DNA of 63,869 nt, filler included, from Anaerolineae bacterium (lineage in GTDB: Bacteria; Chloroflexota; Anaerolineae; Epilineales; Epilineaceae): the NCBI GenBank assembly GCA_029262755.1. It is 7 parts of 7 records of this genome, joined end to end, with 100 filler letters (N's around TTAATTAATTAA, not from the genome) between each part and the next. Parts side by side here need not be neighbours in the genome. Positions count along the whole stretch, not along the records: positions 1 to 13,622 come from JAJCYU010000389.1; positions 13,723 to 18,976 come from JAJCYU010000390.1; 5 more parts are not named here. One strand, given 5' to 3'. This document shows positions 8,837 to 18,385 of the stretch, piece after piece (within the stretch, counting starts at the first letter, position 1; every line of letters starts with the position of its first letter). The notes below the pieces were generated by a model. The model had not been told where the DNA came from and did not search any database. It saw only the letters and a list, made by a program, of their open reading frames with translations. Both the position numbers and the translations under genes were made by a program.

Positions 8837-10459
8837 ATGCAGACTTCTACGCCCTTCGTATTGCGCAATGCGCGCATCCACACCTTTGGGCCGGCCGGTA
8901 CGGCCGAAGCCGTAGCGCTACGCGGCGGCCTCGTCCTCGCGGTGGGGTCGGAGGCCGATGTGTATGCCGCGGTCGGCAGCGACGCGCCTTCGGTCAACGT
9001 GGGGGGGCGGACCGTCTTGCCGGGGCTCACGGACGCGCACGTGCACTGGGGCGGCTACGCTCTTCAACGGCGACGCCTCACGCTGACGGCCGCGGACGGA
9101 CTCTCCGACGTGCAACGCAAAGTGCGCAAGGTAGTCGCCGACGGCGATGCGGATTCGTGGTTGCTCGGACGGGGATGGGACCACGCCACGTGGGGTCGAT
9201 GGCCGACCGCGGCGGACCTCGACGCCGTGGCGCCAAGCCGGCCCGTTGCGCTGACCCGCAAGGACGGCCACGTGGTGTGGCTCAACAGCCGCGCACTGCA
9301 GGCTTGCAGCATCGGCGACGCTACGCCGAACCCACCCGGCGGCGAGATTGAACGCGACGGCGAAGGCCGGGCGACGGGAATCCTCAAGGAGACGGCGAAG
9401 GAGCTTGCGAACGCCGTGATCCCGCCCGCCACCTCCGCGCAGCGGCAGGCCGCGATCATCGATGCGTGGCCGGAAGCGTGGTGCCGGGGCCTGACCGCCA
9501 TGCACGATATGGGCCTGGGTCGCCAATCCCTCTTTCACGATCTTGCGACGCTGCGCGACGCGGGCGAGCTCGGCGCGCGCTTCGTGTGGTATCTGCAACA
9601 GGATGAGCTGCCCGAGGCGCTTGGTTTGGGACTGCGCAGCGGGCTCGGGGATCCGTGGCTGCGCATCGGGGGCCTGAAGCTCTTCTTGGATGGCACGCTG
9701 GGATCGCAGACAGCGGACATGCTGGCCCCCTATGAAGATCAGCCGAACAATCGCGGGCTGCCCATCATCGAATTCGAACACTTCTGCGAATTGGTCGATC
9801 GGGCGGCCGAAGGCCGGCTTGCCACGGCTGTGCACGCGATCGGCGATGGCGCGAACCGCAAAGCGCTCGACGCATTCGCCCACGTCGCCGCACGTCATGA
9901 CACCTCCGCGCTACGCCAACGGGTCGAGCACGTCCAGATCCTGGACCCGTCCGACGTACCGCGTTTCGCCCGCGAGAACGTGATTGCTTCGATGCAACCG
10001 ATCCACGCTACGGCAGACATGGACGTGGCCGATCGGTTTTGGGGCGACCGCGCGGCCTATGCCTACGCATGGCGATCGGTGCTGGATAGCGGTGCCCATC
10101 TCGCCTTCGGCTCGGATGCCCCCATCGAGCCGCTCGATGTATTCGCCGGCGTGCACGCGGCCGTCACGCGTCAACGCGCAGACGGCGAACCGCGGGGCGG
10201 ATGGCGCCGCGAGCAGGCCATCACGGTCGCGGAGGCGCTGCGTGCGTATACCGTGGGCGCAGCTTACGCTGGTGGCGTCGAAGATGAGCTTGGCAGCCTG
10301 GAACCGGGCAAACGAGCCGATTTGATCGTTTTGGACCGCGACCCGTTCAGCCTGCCGTCTCAGGATCTACCGCACGTTGCAGTTCAGGGCACGATGATCG
10401 ACGGCGTTTGGGTTTGGCAGGACTCCGGTGCGCGCCTGAGCGGCCCACAGGCAACGTGA
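8837..10459 (+). CDS. Amidohydrolase 3 family (YtcJ-like) metallohydrolase
   Basis: LPGLTDAHVH, KLFLDGTLGSQTA, HAIGDGAN, RVEHVQ, MQPIHA, FGSDAPIE, GSLEPGKRAD. Confidence 0.92.
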   Translation: MQTSTPFVLRNARIHTFGPAGTAEAVALRGGLVLAVGSEADVYAAVGSDAPSVNVGGRTVLPGLTDAHVHWGGYALQRRRLTLTAADGLSDVQRKVRKVVADGDADSWLLGRGWDHATWGRWPTAADLDAVAPSRPVALTRKDGHVVWLNSRALQACSIGDATPNPPGGEIERDGEGRATGILKETAKELANAVIPPATSAQRQAAIIDAWPEAWCRGLTAMHDMGLGRQSLFHDLATLRDAGELGARFVWYLQQDELPEALGLGLRSGLGDPWLRIGGLKLFLDGTLGSQTADMLAPYEDQPNNRGLPIIEFEHFCELVDRAAEGRLATAVHAIGDGANRKALDAFAHVAARHDTSALRQRVEHVQILDPSDVPRFARENVIASMQPIHATADMDVADRFWGDRAAYAYAWRSVLDSGAHLAFGSDAPIEPLDVFAGVHAAVTRQRADGEPRGGWRREQAITVAEALRAYTVGAAYAGGVEDELGSLEPGKRADLIVLDRDPFSLPSQDLPHVAVQGTMIDGVWVWQDSGARLSGPQAT

Positions 10460-11466
10460 GGTTCCGCCACCTCCTCGTTCTCACGCTCGGAATCATCGCG
10501 ATCAGCACGGGTGCGCCCCTCGTCCGCTTGGCTGAGGAGGCGCCTGCGTTGTCGAAGGCCGCGTGGCGGTTGCTCTTCGCGGTTGCACTGTTCGCCCCTC
10601 TCGCCCTGTCACGTGCACGGTGGCGATCCGAGCTCGTGGTGCTTCTACGCGAGGAGCGACGTGCCACGCTTGCCGGCGGGTTCGCCCTGGCCCTCCACTT
10701 TGGACTGTGGATCCCTTCGCTGGACTACACGAGCGTCGCGAGCTCCGTCGTGTTGGTCACGCTTAGCCCGCTCTTTGTCAGCTTGCTCGCCCCCCGTTTG
10801 TTGGGCGAACGGGTCGGAGGGATGCTGCGCGCGGGCGTGATGCTGGCCGTCGCGGGCGCCGTGGTCATCGGCTGGGGGGATGCTAGCCTAGGAGCGCGCG
10901 CGCTCTTTGGTGACGCGCTGGCGCTGGGCGGTGCATTCGGCGCTGCACTGTATTTTCTGGTCGGTCGTCGCCTTCGCGGACGGGTTGGCGTGGTGCCCTA
11001 TGCCTGCGCCATATACGGCGTCGCCGCGGTCGTGCTCACGGCGCTCGTCGCGGCGACCGGTCAGCCGCTGGCCGGCTTTGCACCGCGGACTTGGGTCTGG
11101 CTGATCCTATTGGCGCTATTGCCGCAGGTCGTGGGCCACACGAGCTTCAACTGGGCGCTGGCGGGCCTATCCGCGACGTTCGTGACCGTGGCCACGCTGG
11201 GCGAGCCGATCGGAAGCACGTTGCTCGCCTGGTGGTGGCTCGCGGAAGCACCGCCCGTTCGCACCGTGCTAGGCGGGATGCTCGTGCTCGCGGGGCTCGC
11301 TCTGGCAGCCCGCGCGGAATCCAGCGCGATGAGCCGGCGCGGAAGCGATGGCGGGGCAACGGTCGCCCCCTTGGGCGATGCATCGCACCGTGCGGTAGAC
11401 GGCGAAGGGGACGTAGCCGGTGCGGACGCGGATCCTGGCCCCGCGAAGCGCGCAGGGATATCTTAA
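10456..11466 (+). CDS. DMT/EamA family transporter
   Basis: About 10 TM helices, SLDYTSVASS, GDALAL, GHTSFNWAL, LGEPIG; GTG start overlaps the upstream TGA. Confidence 0.88.
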   Translation: MRFRHLLVLTLGIIAISTGAPLVRLAEEAPALSKAAWRLLFAVALFAPLALSRARWRSELVVLLREERRATLAGGFALALHFGLWIPSLDYTSVASSVVLVTLSPLFVSLLAPRLLGERVGGMLRAGVMLAVAGAVVIGWGDASLGARALFGDALALGGAFGAALYFLVGRRLRGRVGVVPYACAIYGVAAVVLTALVAATGQPLAGFAPRTWVWLILLALLPQVVGHTSFNWALAGLSATFVTVATLGEPIGSTLLAWWWLAEAPPVRTVLGGMLVLAGLALAARAESSAMSRRGSDGGATVAPLGDASHRAVDGEGDVAGADADPGPAKRAGIS

Positions 11467-11470
11467 GCAC

Positions 11471-11884
11471 ATGCCTCACGCCGACCGGATTCACGAGATG
11501 CCGCTTCGCGTCCGCTACGCGGAGACCGATGCCGCGGGCCTGGCCCATCACGCGAGCTACGTTCCGTGGCTCGAGGCCGCGCGGATTGAGTGGCTCCGTG
11601 AGGCGGGCGTTGCGTACGCCGACTTGGAACGGGACGGCTACCACCTGGCCGTCGTCGAGCTGCACCTGCGTTACGTCAGCCCCGCACGCTTCGACGACGA
11701 GCTCGTGGTACGCTCAGCTGTGGTGAGTGCCCGCAGTCGCGAGGTCGTCTTCCGCTACGAGCTCGTGCGCGACGAAGAGAACGCGCGCCAGGTAGCCAAC
11801 GGCACGTCGCGCCACCTATGCCTCCGCCACGGCCGAATCGCCAAGCTGCCGGAGGCAATTCGGGCCATGTGGGACAACGGCTGA
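11471..11884 (+). CDS. YbgC/FadM-type acyl-CoA thioesterase (hotdog fold)
   Basis: RVRYAETDAAGLAHHASYVPWLEAAR and YVSPARFDDEL motifs. Confidence 0.9.
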   Translation: MPHADRIHEMPLRVRYAETDAAGLAHHASYVPWLEAARIEWLREAGVAYADLERDGYHLAVVELHLRYVSPARFDDELVVRSAVVSARSREVVFRYELVRDEENARQVANGTSRHLCLRHGRIAKLPEAIRAMWDNG

Positions 11885-12114
11885 CCGAAGGCGACTTCCT
11901 GGCCCCTATGGGGCCGGCTCCAGGGCGGTAGCACGCCGGCTCGCGTTATCGAGTTGCGCCAGCGCCGGCCCTGATCGTGTTCGAATACAGCGCAGATGGG
12001 CCGCTAGTGCGGCGGAGCGAAACCCGTCGCGGCCCAGATACGCGCGCGCACACATGCCCTGCCCCAGCGTCGCGATGCAGCATCGGTGCAACGGGCCATG
12101 GTAGCTACGAAGCG

Positions 12115-12645
12115 CTAGGCCTTGTCCTCGACCACTTCCGGCTCCGGCTCCGGTTGGTGGTGTTCCAGCACCGTGTCGATCTGCGCCAAGGCTTCTTCGA
12201 CTTCAATGTCGAGCGAAAGGGCCATCTCACCGCTTAGCATCGAGCGGGCCTGCTCGTACAGCCGTGCTTCCGTGGGAGAGTAGGTTTTGATGATCGCCCG
12301 GACGGCCATATCGCGAACGACCCCCGTCAGCGAGTCAATATCACCTTCTTTGAGACGCTTTGCGATCAAGGTCTGCCGCTTCTTGAAGTCGTCCGGCAAC
12401 TCTTCCGCGTCGGACTTCAACAGCTTGAAGACGGCCTTCGTCTCCTTCTTCGTCATGACCGCCCGCAGACCGATCTCTTCCGCCGTGCGGACCGGTACGA
12501 GCACTCGCATATCCTGCGCGGTCAACTCGATCACGTAGTATCGATTGAATTCGTCGAGAATATCCGGCTGCTCGATCGCACCGATGATGCCTGCACCATG
12601 AGCGGGGTGGACAATCTTATCGCCTGGGGCGAAGGTGTCGCTCAT
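12115..12645 (-). CDS. carD: CarD/CdnL family RNA polymerase-binding regulator
   Basis: FAPGDKIVHPAHGAGII, YYVIEL, VLVPV...IGLR, EARLYEQARSMLSGEMA. Confidence 0.88.
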   Translation of the reverse strand: MSDTFAPGDKIVHPAHGAGIIGAIEQPDILDEFNRYYVIELTAQDMRVLVPVRTAEEIGLRAVMTKKETKAVFKLLKSDAEELPDDFKKRQTLIAKRLKEGDIDSLTGVVRDMAVRAIIKTYSPTEARLYEQARSMLSGEMALSLDIEVEEALAQIDTVLEHHQPEPEPEVVEDKA

Positions 12646-13487
12646 GCCAACGGCACGACGTCGACCGCTTGCGGGCCGCGTGTTGTGCGCTCGATTTCGT
12701 ATTCCACCGGGGTACCCTCCAGGAGTGTGTCGTAGCCTTCGACGATCAGGCCGGTCAAGTGAACGAAGAGCTCACCGCCCTCGTCCTGCGCGATGAACCC
12801 ATACCCGCGATCATCGTCGAACCACTTCACGGTGCCCATATGTCGCACCCGAAGCTCTGTTTGACGGGCAGGCTCCCGCCGTTGACCCTTGCGGCCACCG
12901 CCGCGCTTTCCTCCGTGCCGGGTGGAGCCTTGGCGACCTCCACCCCGACGCTGCTCGCCTTGACGCCCGCCGCCGCCTTTTCCGCGCCCACCACGCCCGC
13001 GCGGACGTTCGGCGCTGGAGCGTGGCGCCGTGTCGTTCTGCGCACCATCGCGTGAATCGCGGCGTCGCTCGGGCGTACGTTCAGCGGCTGGTTCCGGCTT
13101 CGGATCGGGCGTTCTCTCCGGCGCGCTCTCTGGCTTGCGCTCTGGCCTTCGCTCCGGTCTTCGAGACGTGCGATTGACCGGGCTCTCTGCCTGAACGCCA
13201 GGCGACAACTGCCCGTGGTCGGATTCCCGGCGCGCGGGATCGACGATTGGGATTTGTTCGTCCGCATCAACCTGCGCCTCTTCTTTGCGCGGCGCTACGG
13301 GGGCCGTCGGCGAGGGACCGAATCCCGCCAGGTCCGCCTCGATCACATCGGCGCTCTTGCACCGGGTGCAAAAGAGCATCGCGTGGTCGTGCATGCTCAT
13401 CTCGGCGCGCTTGCGCTGGTCGGCGACCGTATTGAAGAAGCGATGCCCACATGCGTTGCAGCGCATGGGGAGATCTTTGAAGGCCAT
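12642..13487 (-). CDS. Zinc-ribbon + disordered RG-rich linker + cold-shock domain protein
   Basis: N-terminal CNACG...CTRC ribbon; C-terminal GTVKWFDDDRGYGFI (RNP1) and LFVH (RNP2); GAGAGGA RBS before ATG 13487. Confidence 0.85.
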   Translation of the reverse strand: MAFKDLPMRCNACGHRFFNTVADQRKRAEMSMHDHAMLFCTRCKSADVIEADLAGFGPSPTAPVAPRKEEAQVDADEQIPIVDPARRESDHGQLSPGVQAESPVNRTSRRPERRPERKPESAPERTPDPKPEPAAERTPERRRDSRDGAQNDTAPRSSAERPRGRGGRGKGGGGRQGEQRRGGGRQGSTRHGGKRGGGRKGQRREPARQTELRVRHMGTVKWFDDDRGYGFIAQDEGGELFVHLTGLIVEGYDTLLEGTPVEYEIERTTRGPQAVDVVPLA

Positions 13488-13535
13488 GATGGTCCTCTCG
13501 TGTTCAGATGGGCGCAGGCTCGGGATAAGCCGCGC

Positions 13536-13610
13536 ACGATGCGATGCGGTGCAGTGGAATACGGTGCGGTGCAATACGGTGTGGTGTAGTGCGGCGCGGT
13601 GCGGTGCAGG
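13536..13610. repeat. Degenerate pentamer tandem array (15 units, consensus GCGGT / RYRRY)
   Basis: ACGAT GCGAT GCGGT GCAGT GGAAT ACGGT GCGGT GCAAT ACGGT GTGGT GTAGT GCGGC GCGGT GCGGT GCAGG. Confidence 0.85.
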
Positions 13611-13622
13611 TCAGGATCGTTG

Positions 13623-13722
13623 NNNNNNNNNNNNNNNNNNNNNNNNNNNNNNNNNNNNNNNNNNNNTTAATTAATTAANNNNNNNNNNNNNNNNNNNNNN
13701 NNNNNNNNNNNNNNNNNNNNNN
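13623..13722. other. Artificial contig-joining spacer
   Basis: 44 N + TTAATTAATTAA (stop in all six frames) + 44 N. Confidence 0.99.
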
Positions 13723-13908
13723 GGTGTCGCCGGGCGGCACAGTTGTGTTTTTTTGCTACAGGTTACAATTGGTTGTTGGCATAAAAACTTCGCTTCTCGG
13801 CCTAGAAAACTGATTGCGTTTACCAACTTTCATCAGCGGGCTGCGATTGTTACGTCAAGCCGGCACGTCGCCGGACTTCAGGCCAATACGTTCGATGGAG
13901 GTGGGGCA

Positions 13909-14178
13909 ATGGCACGCCGGGAATTTTCTGAATTCGAGACAACGGATACGATCGGGGCAGGCAATTCTGCCGAAGCGCTTATGGCCATGGGCTTACAGTA
14001 TTGTTGCGGTCGCAATCGCGAGTACGATCTTGTGCAGGCGCACAAATGGTTCAACATCGCGGCCTTGCGCGGCAGCGCGGATGCACGCCGGTTGCGCCAT
14101 GAAATCTCGACCGAGATGAGCCGCCAGGACATTGCTGCCGCACAGCGTATGGCTCGCGAGTGGTTGACACGTCACTGA
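13909..14178 (+). CDS. Small Sel1-repeat protein (alphaproteobacterial type)
   Basis: MGLQYCCGR...DLVQAHKWFNIAALRG...EMSRQDIAAAQRMAREWL; GGAGG RBS. Confidence 0.85.
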   Translation: MARREFSEFETTDTIGAGNSAEALMAMGLQYCCGRNREYDLVQAHKWFNIAALRGSADARRLRHEISTEMSRQDIAAAQRMAREWLTRH

Positions 14179-14253
14179 AACCGTTGGCCGGTTTCTTGAA
14201 CTGGCACCGCTACGCCGACGCAACGAATAGGCGTGAAAGCGGTGGGTTTCGTG

Positions 14254-15126
14254 TCAGCATTTTGAAAACAATGAAGAGACGCAGTCCCATGTTTTCTTGG
14301 CTGCGTTTCCGACGGCCTTGCCGGCATTCTCGATGGTCTTGCCCGTCGACTTCGCCGTGTCGGTGACGAGTTCGCCGGCCTGCTTCAAGCCCTTTTGCGA
14401 ATCTTCAGCAGCACGTTTGGCCATTTCTTCGACCGTCTTTGGCGGCTTGTTGGAACGCTTCTTCGGTTCGTCCTGCACGGTCTGGTCGGCCTGGCCTTCC
14501 GGGCCTTGAGATGGCGGTCGGTCATGCTGCTGATTGGCAACGTCGCCGTTATTTCGCTCATCAACGGTCGTGCGGGCTTCGTCTCGTTGCGGTGCGGGTT
14601 GCGCTGGGGCGTAGCGATAATCCTGTTCGCCCTGGCTTCCTATCACTTCGGAGGGCCTGCCAGACGGCAGTGCGTTTGGCGGCATGGCTGCTGGAAGATT
14701 GGCCGGAGGGCTGTCGGGGCCAGCGGGTATGGCTGAGGGTGGAGCAAGAACGACGGCCTCGCCTTCGCATGGCACATCGTCATTGCGCCGGCTGACGCTG
14801 CAACTGCGGTGGGCTCCGCGACGTGCCAGTTCTTTGATGCAGTGCAGTTTGGCTGCAGCTTCGGCGGGCAGCGTAAAGCCGGTCTCCACCTGGCAACTGT
14901 AAACGGCTTCGGGTTGCGAGCATGAGATGCAAAAATCGCGTGCGGCTACCGGGGCTGAGACGAAGCCCGCGCCCGCCAACGCAACAGCGATCATTGTAAG
15001 GACAGGTTTGATGAACCGTTGATGGCGCGCTGGCGAACCCAAGCCGCAAAAAGCCGCTGGTCGATGGGGGGCCTCACATCTTCGCTGGGGGCGCGATCTG
15101 ATTGCGGATGTCTGTGCCGATGTCAT
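14254..15126 (-). CDS. Hypothetical exported Cys-containing protein
   Basis: Signal-like segment, FCISCSQPEAVYSC domain, Pro-rich linker, C-terminal KKTWDCVSSLFSKC; start could be 14994. Confidence 0.7.
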   Translation of the reverse strand: MTSAQTSAIRSRPQRRCEAPHRPAAFCGLGSPARHQRFIKPVLTMIAVALAGAGFVSAPVAARDFCISCSQPEAVYSCQVETGFTLPAEAAAKLHCIKELARRGAHRSCSVSRRNDDVPCEGEAVVLAPPSAIPAGPDSPPANLPAAMPPNALPSGRPSEVIGSQGEQDYRYAPAQPAPQRDEARTTVDERNNGDVANQQHDRPPSQGPEGQADQTVQDEPKKRSNKPPKTVEEMAKRAAEDSQKGLKQAGELVTDTAKSTGKTIENAGKAVGNAAKKTWDCVSSLFSKC

Positions 15127-15646
15127 TGCAGCCTCACGTATGGTTCTTGAAAGACTCATACCGGTTCTGATTTCCTGTTGTAATCGGGCGCGGCCCCTTG
15201 GGGCTTGTGCGTGCGCGGCCTGCGACAATGCATTCCAGTTGTCGGGCGAAATATACGGCCCGTTGTTTGCTCAAATGCCGGGACGGTCGTTTCCAGGCGA
15301 CATCCTGGCAGGTTCGACCGGCACTGATAGCCCCGCGAATCAGCGCTAGCGGTCTTATGTCGGTCCGTCCTCGTTGCTTGACCGATCCTTGGTTGGTGCA
15401 AACTGTTGAGGTTGCACAATGCGGCGGTTCAAGGGCAAAGCGCCCAGATGGCAAACTGGTCTGACATTGATCGCCCTTGGGATTGGGTCAGCTTACACGC
15501 GTCAACTGGCGCCGGGCGTTCGATAAATTTCCAACCGGGGGCGGCATGGGGTTGCCAGAGTACGTCTGCGGCCCTGTCTTTTCAGCGTTCCGCCTCTGGT
15601 GAGCGGCCGGTAAGATCCGGCCGCGTGGAAGGCTGCTTCTGGTCGC

Positions 15647-15675
15647 TTGCATTCGAGAGAGCGCACCACTATACG
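15647..15675 (+). promoter_or_regulatory. Putative sigma70 promoter of tRNA-Ser
   Basis: TTGCAT-17 bp-TATACG ending 17 bp before the tRNA. Confidence 0.5.
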
Positions 15676-15692
15676 GAGTATTCTTTCGCGTA

Positions 15693-15783
15693 GGAGACGT
15701 GGCCGAGTGGCTGAAGGCGGTGCTTTGCTAAAGCATTATACGTCAAAAGCGTATCGAGGGTTCGAATCCCTCCGTCTCCGCCA
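15693..15783 (+). tRNA. tRNA-Ser (anticodon GCT)
   Basis: Acceptor GGAGACG/CGTCTCC + G + CCA, D arm GGCCGAGTGGCTGAAGGC, anticodon loop TTGCTAA, long variable arm, T arm GAGGGTTCGAATCCCTC. Confidence 0.97.
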
Positions 15784-15980
15784 CAGTCTAAGTATTTGAT
15801 ATTAAAGAATAAATTTAGAAAATGCCGACGTGGGAAGCCCGTCAATTAGGGGGGTTTCCGGGTCGCGTTTTCTCTGTTTTCAGTCTGCGTTCAATTCGCA
15901 GCCGAACGCGCTCAAATTGGCCGGTTTTCTCTGTCGCTGAATTCAGCGGTCCGCTTTTCCGCGAGCATTAGGGGGATGCT

Positions 15981-16469
15981 GTGACGCCGCAGAACTACAC
16001 GAACGAGATTGTCCTGCCAACAATCGAGGAGCTCGGTCAGCATCGCTGGAACCGGCGGAAGGCCTATCTTGCGTGTATCGTCACTTTCCACCTCAGGGAT
16101 CATGTTTCAAAGGCGCTAGGCGAGCCCGCTGGCGCCATTAGCAACCGTATGAAATCCTCACGAGCATTTCGCATCGTTGAGGCAATGGCTTTGGCTGTGA
16201 AGCATGTGGTGCCACAGAATGAAAGACCACGAAAAACAGGACTGCGAGCAGGAGACGGATTCGTTCGTCCTGCAGCTATGGCTGGGGTCATGATGTGTGG
16301 AGTATCAAGACTGGGAGATATTCACGGCGGTGTCGACATACACGTACGCGACGGCCCGGACAAAGGTGTTTACGATGCTTACGAACTCGTTGACTGCTTG
16401 CTTAGAGAATTCATTGCCGCCTATCCTGGTTTGATTACTTTCGTTCGGCCTTCCAAGCACCAAGGCTGA
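15981..16469 (+). CDS. Hypothetical cargo protein, possibly HEPN-like
   Basis: 162-aa ORF with AGGGGG RBS; helical N-terminus RRKAYLACIVTFHLRDH and EAMALAVKH motif. Confidence 0.6.
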   Translation: MTPQNYTNEIVLPTIEELGQHRWNRRKAYLACIVTFHLRDHVSKALGEPAGAISNRMKSSRAFRIVEAMALAVKHVVPQNERPRKTGLRAGDGFVRPAAMAGVMMCGVSRLGDIHGGVDIHVRDGPDKGVYDAYELVDCLLREFIAAYPGLITFVRPSKHQG

Positions 16470-18184
16470 CCAGATGCCACAAAGCCAAGGCGGCGGACCT
16501 GGGCGTCCCAATCAAGTGGCAAGTCGATGCGGTTGAGCAGATCCCATGTAGTCAGCTCAGTCGGCTGCTTCCCGGCAAGGATCGCTTCGACGATGCGGGG
16601 AGAGAGGCAGGCCAATGGCAAATGGCGAGCGACATAGCGCGCGTCCGTTTCGTACGCTGCAGCGAGTTTCGTTACAGTAGGAAATCGGCCCTCGAGAAGC
16701 TCTGATAGCCAGCGGCGGGCCCTGGCCACGGCGCGGATCAACGTTTGATCTGGTTCAACAGAACAGTGGCCTTGGGCATTGACGATCAGTTTAGTTTCGA
16801 CGCCCCTTCGGCGCAGGGTGATCGGGACACTGAAGTGGATCGGCTGGCCGAGCGGCGCGCCACTCTCAAGCCCAAACGCACTTGCGAGATTGAGCCGATT
16901 GACCATTATTGCGAGGCGATCATTGCCAATCTCAATACGTTCGATCAGCTCGATGATTGTTTCTCGTTGGTCAATCACGTCTCCGCTTGAGAGCTGGACA
17001 CATAGATTTGCAGCTGCACTCGTGATGCGCTCGGTTTGAACACGAGACAGCTGTTCAATCCCGAGCAGAAGCTTGGCGGTATCGAAAAGCCAGATTTGAT
17101 CGCAAAGCCGTTCGCGCAGCGCTTCGATGATTATTGGCTCGATCTGATCGGCGGGCAGCCTCCAGCCACTCGGGGCATCGCCTCGATTGCTTCCGGGTCG
17201 CCGTCCGTCCTGCAGCGACCGCGAGACATAGTAGCGATAGCGCTTGCCGCCTTTGGTCGCGTGGCTAGCGACGAGCTTTTCGCCATCCGTATCCAACAGA
17301 AGTCCCGCCAGCAGGCTTGGATTTTTCGAGGTGCGACCATTCCGATGGCCTCGGGTGTTCTCGCAGAGCAGTGTCTGGACACGTTGGAAAACATCGACGC
17401 AAACGATCGCGTCGTGCTGGCCTGGATACCGCTCGCGTTTGTGGCGGATCTCTCCGCAATAGATCGGGTTGCCGAGCAGCTTGTAGAGCTGCCCGCGGGT
17501 GTAAGGGCGTCCACCGATAATGCGGCCGGAGCCGGTTGTCCGCGCTGGAGCCAGCACTTCGCTGGCAATCAATTCAGACTCCAACCCACGCACGGTTCCG
17601 AATTCAAGATAGCGCCGGAAAATCAGACGTATCAATTCCGCTTCCTGCGGCTCGATCACGAGCGAGCGACCGCTGGCGCGATAGCCGGCGGGCACAAAAC
17701 CGCCCATCCACATTCCCTTTTTCTTGGACGCCGCAATCTTGTCTCGAATCCGCTCACCGGTAACTTCGCGCTCATACTGCGCGAACGAGAGCAGCACGTT
17801 GAGCGTCAGCCGCCCCATGGACGTCGTCGGGTTGAATGCCTGCGTGACCGAGACGAACGAAACTTCGTGCGTGTCAAAGATCTCTACCATCTTGGCGAAG
17901 TCCGACAGCGAGCGGGTCAGGCGATCGACCTTGTAGACCACGACCACGTCGATCCTGTGCGCACGAATATCAGCGAGCATCAGTTCAAGCGCGGGCCGGT
18001 CCATCGAACCGCCTGAGAAGCCTCCATCGTCGTAGGCTTCGCGCAGCAAGTGCCAGCCTTCGTGCCGCTGACTTGCGACGTAAGCCTCGCAGGCCTCGCG
18101 CTGGGCATCGAGCGAGTTGAAGTTCTGCTCAAGGCCTTCTTCTGAAGACTTGCGCGTGTAAATCGCACATCGTCGCCGGTTCAT
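16421..18184 (-). CDS. Large serine recombinase (resolvase + recombinase + zinc-ribbon-like domains)
   Basis: CAIYTRKSS catalytic Ser motif, YDDGGFSGGSMDRPAL, YKVDRLTR, FAQYEREVTGERIRDK, NPIYCG, RYRYY. Confidence 0.93.
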   Translation of the reverse strand: MNRRRCAIYTRKSSEEGLEQNFNSLDAQREACEAYVASQRHEGWHLLREAYDDGGFSGGSMDRPALELMLADIRAHRIDVVVVYKVDRLTRSLSDFAKMVEIFDTHEVSFVSVTQAFNPTTSMGRLTLNVLLSFAQYEREVTGERIRDKIAASKKKGMWMGGFVPAGYRASGRSLVIEPQEAELIRLIFRRYLEFGTVRGLESELIASEVLAPARTTGSGRIIGGRPYTRGQLYKLLGNPIYCGEIRHKRERYPGQHDAIVCVDVFQRVQTLLCENTRGHRNGRTSKNPSLLAGLLLDTDGEKLVASHATKGGKRYRYYVSRSLQDGRRPGSNRGDAPSGWRLPADQIEPIIIEALRERLCDQIWLFDTAKLLLGIEQLSRVQTERITSAAANLCVQLSSGDVIDQRETIIELIERIEIGNDRLAIMVNRLNLASAFGLESGAPLGQPIHFSVPITLRRRGVETKLIVNAQGHCSVEPDQTLIRAVARARRWLSELLEGRFPTVTKLAAAYETDARYVARHLPLACLSPRIVEAILAGKQPTELTTWDLLNRIDLPLDWDAQVRRLGFVASGQPWCLEGRTKVIKPG

Positions 18185-18384
18185 TCGAGAGCCTCCTGCA
18201 GTCGGTCCAGTTGCCGTTCGATCCGGCACAAGGCCTTCTTGATCTTGTCGGCAGCTTGATTCGCTTCTGCAGGGTTCCAGACACATTGCGCTCCAGCCGC
18301 CAGCACCGATGCATCTTCGAATTCGCCGGTCAGCGCAGCAAAAATCTCTCTCACCTCATCAGGGATCATCGCAGGGTCTGGCAT
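18181..18384 (-). CDS. Small hypothetical helical protein between DUF2924 and the recombinase
   Basis: 67-aa ORF starting 1 nt after the DUF2924 stop; its stop overlaps the recombinase ATG (ATGA). Confidence 0.55.
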   Translation of the reverse strand: MPDPAMIPDEVREIFAALTGEFEDASVLAAGAQCVWNPAEANQAADKIKKALCRIERQLDRLQEALE

Positions 18385-18385
18385 G

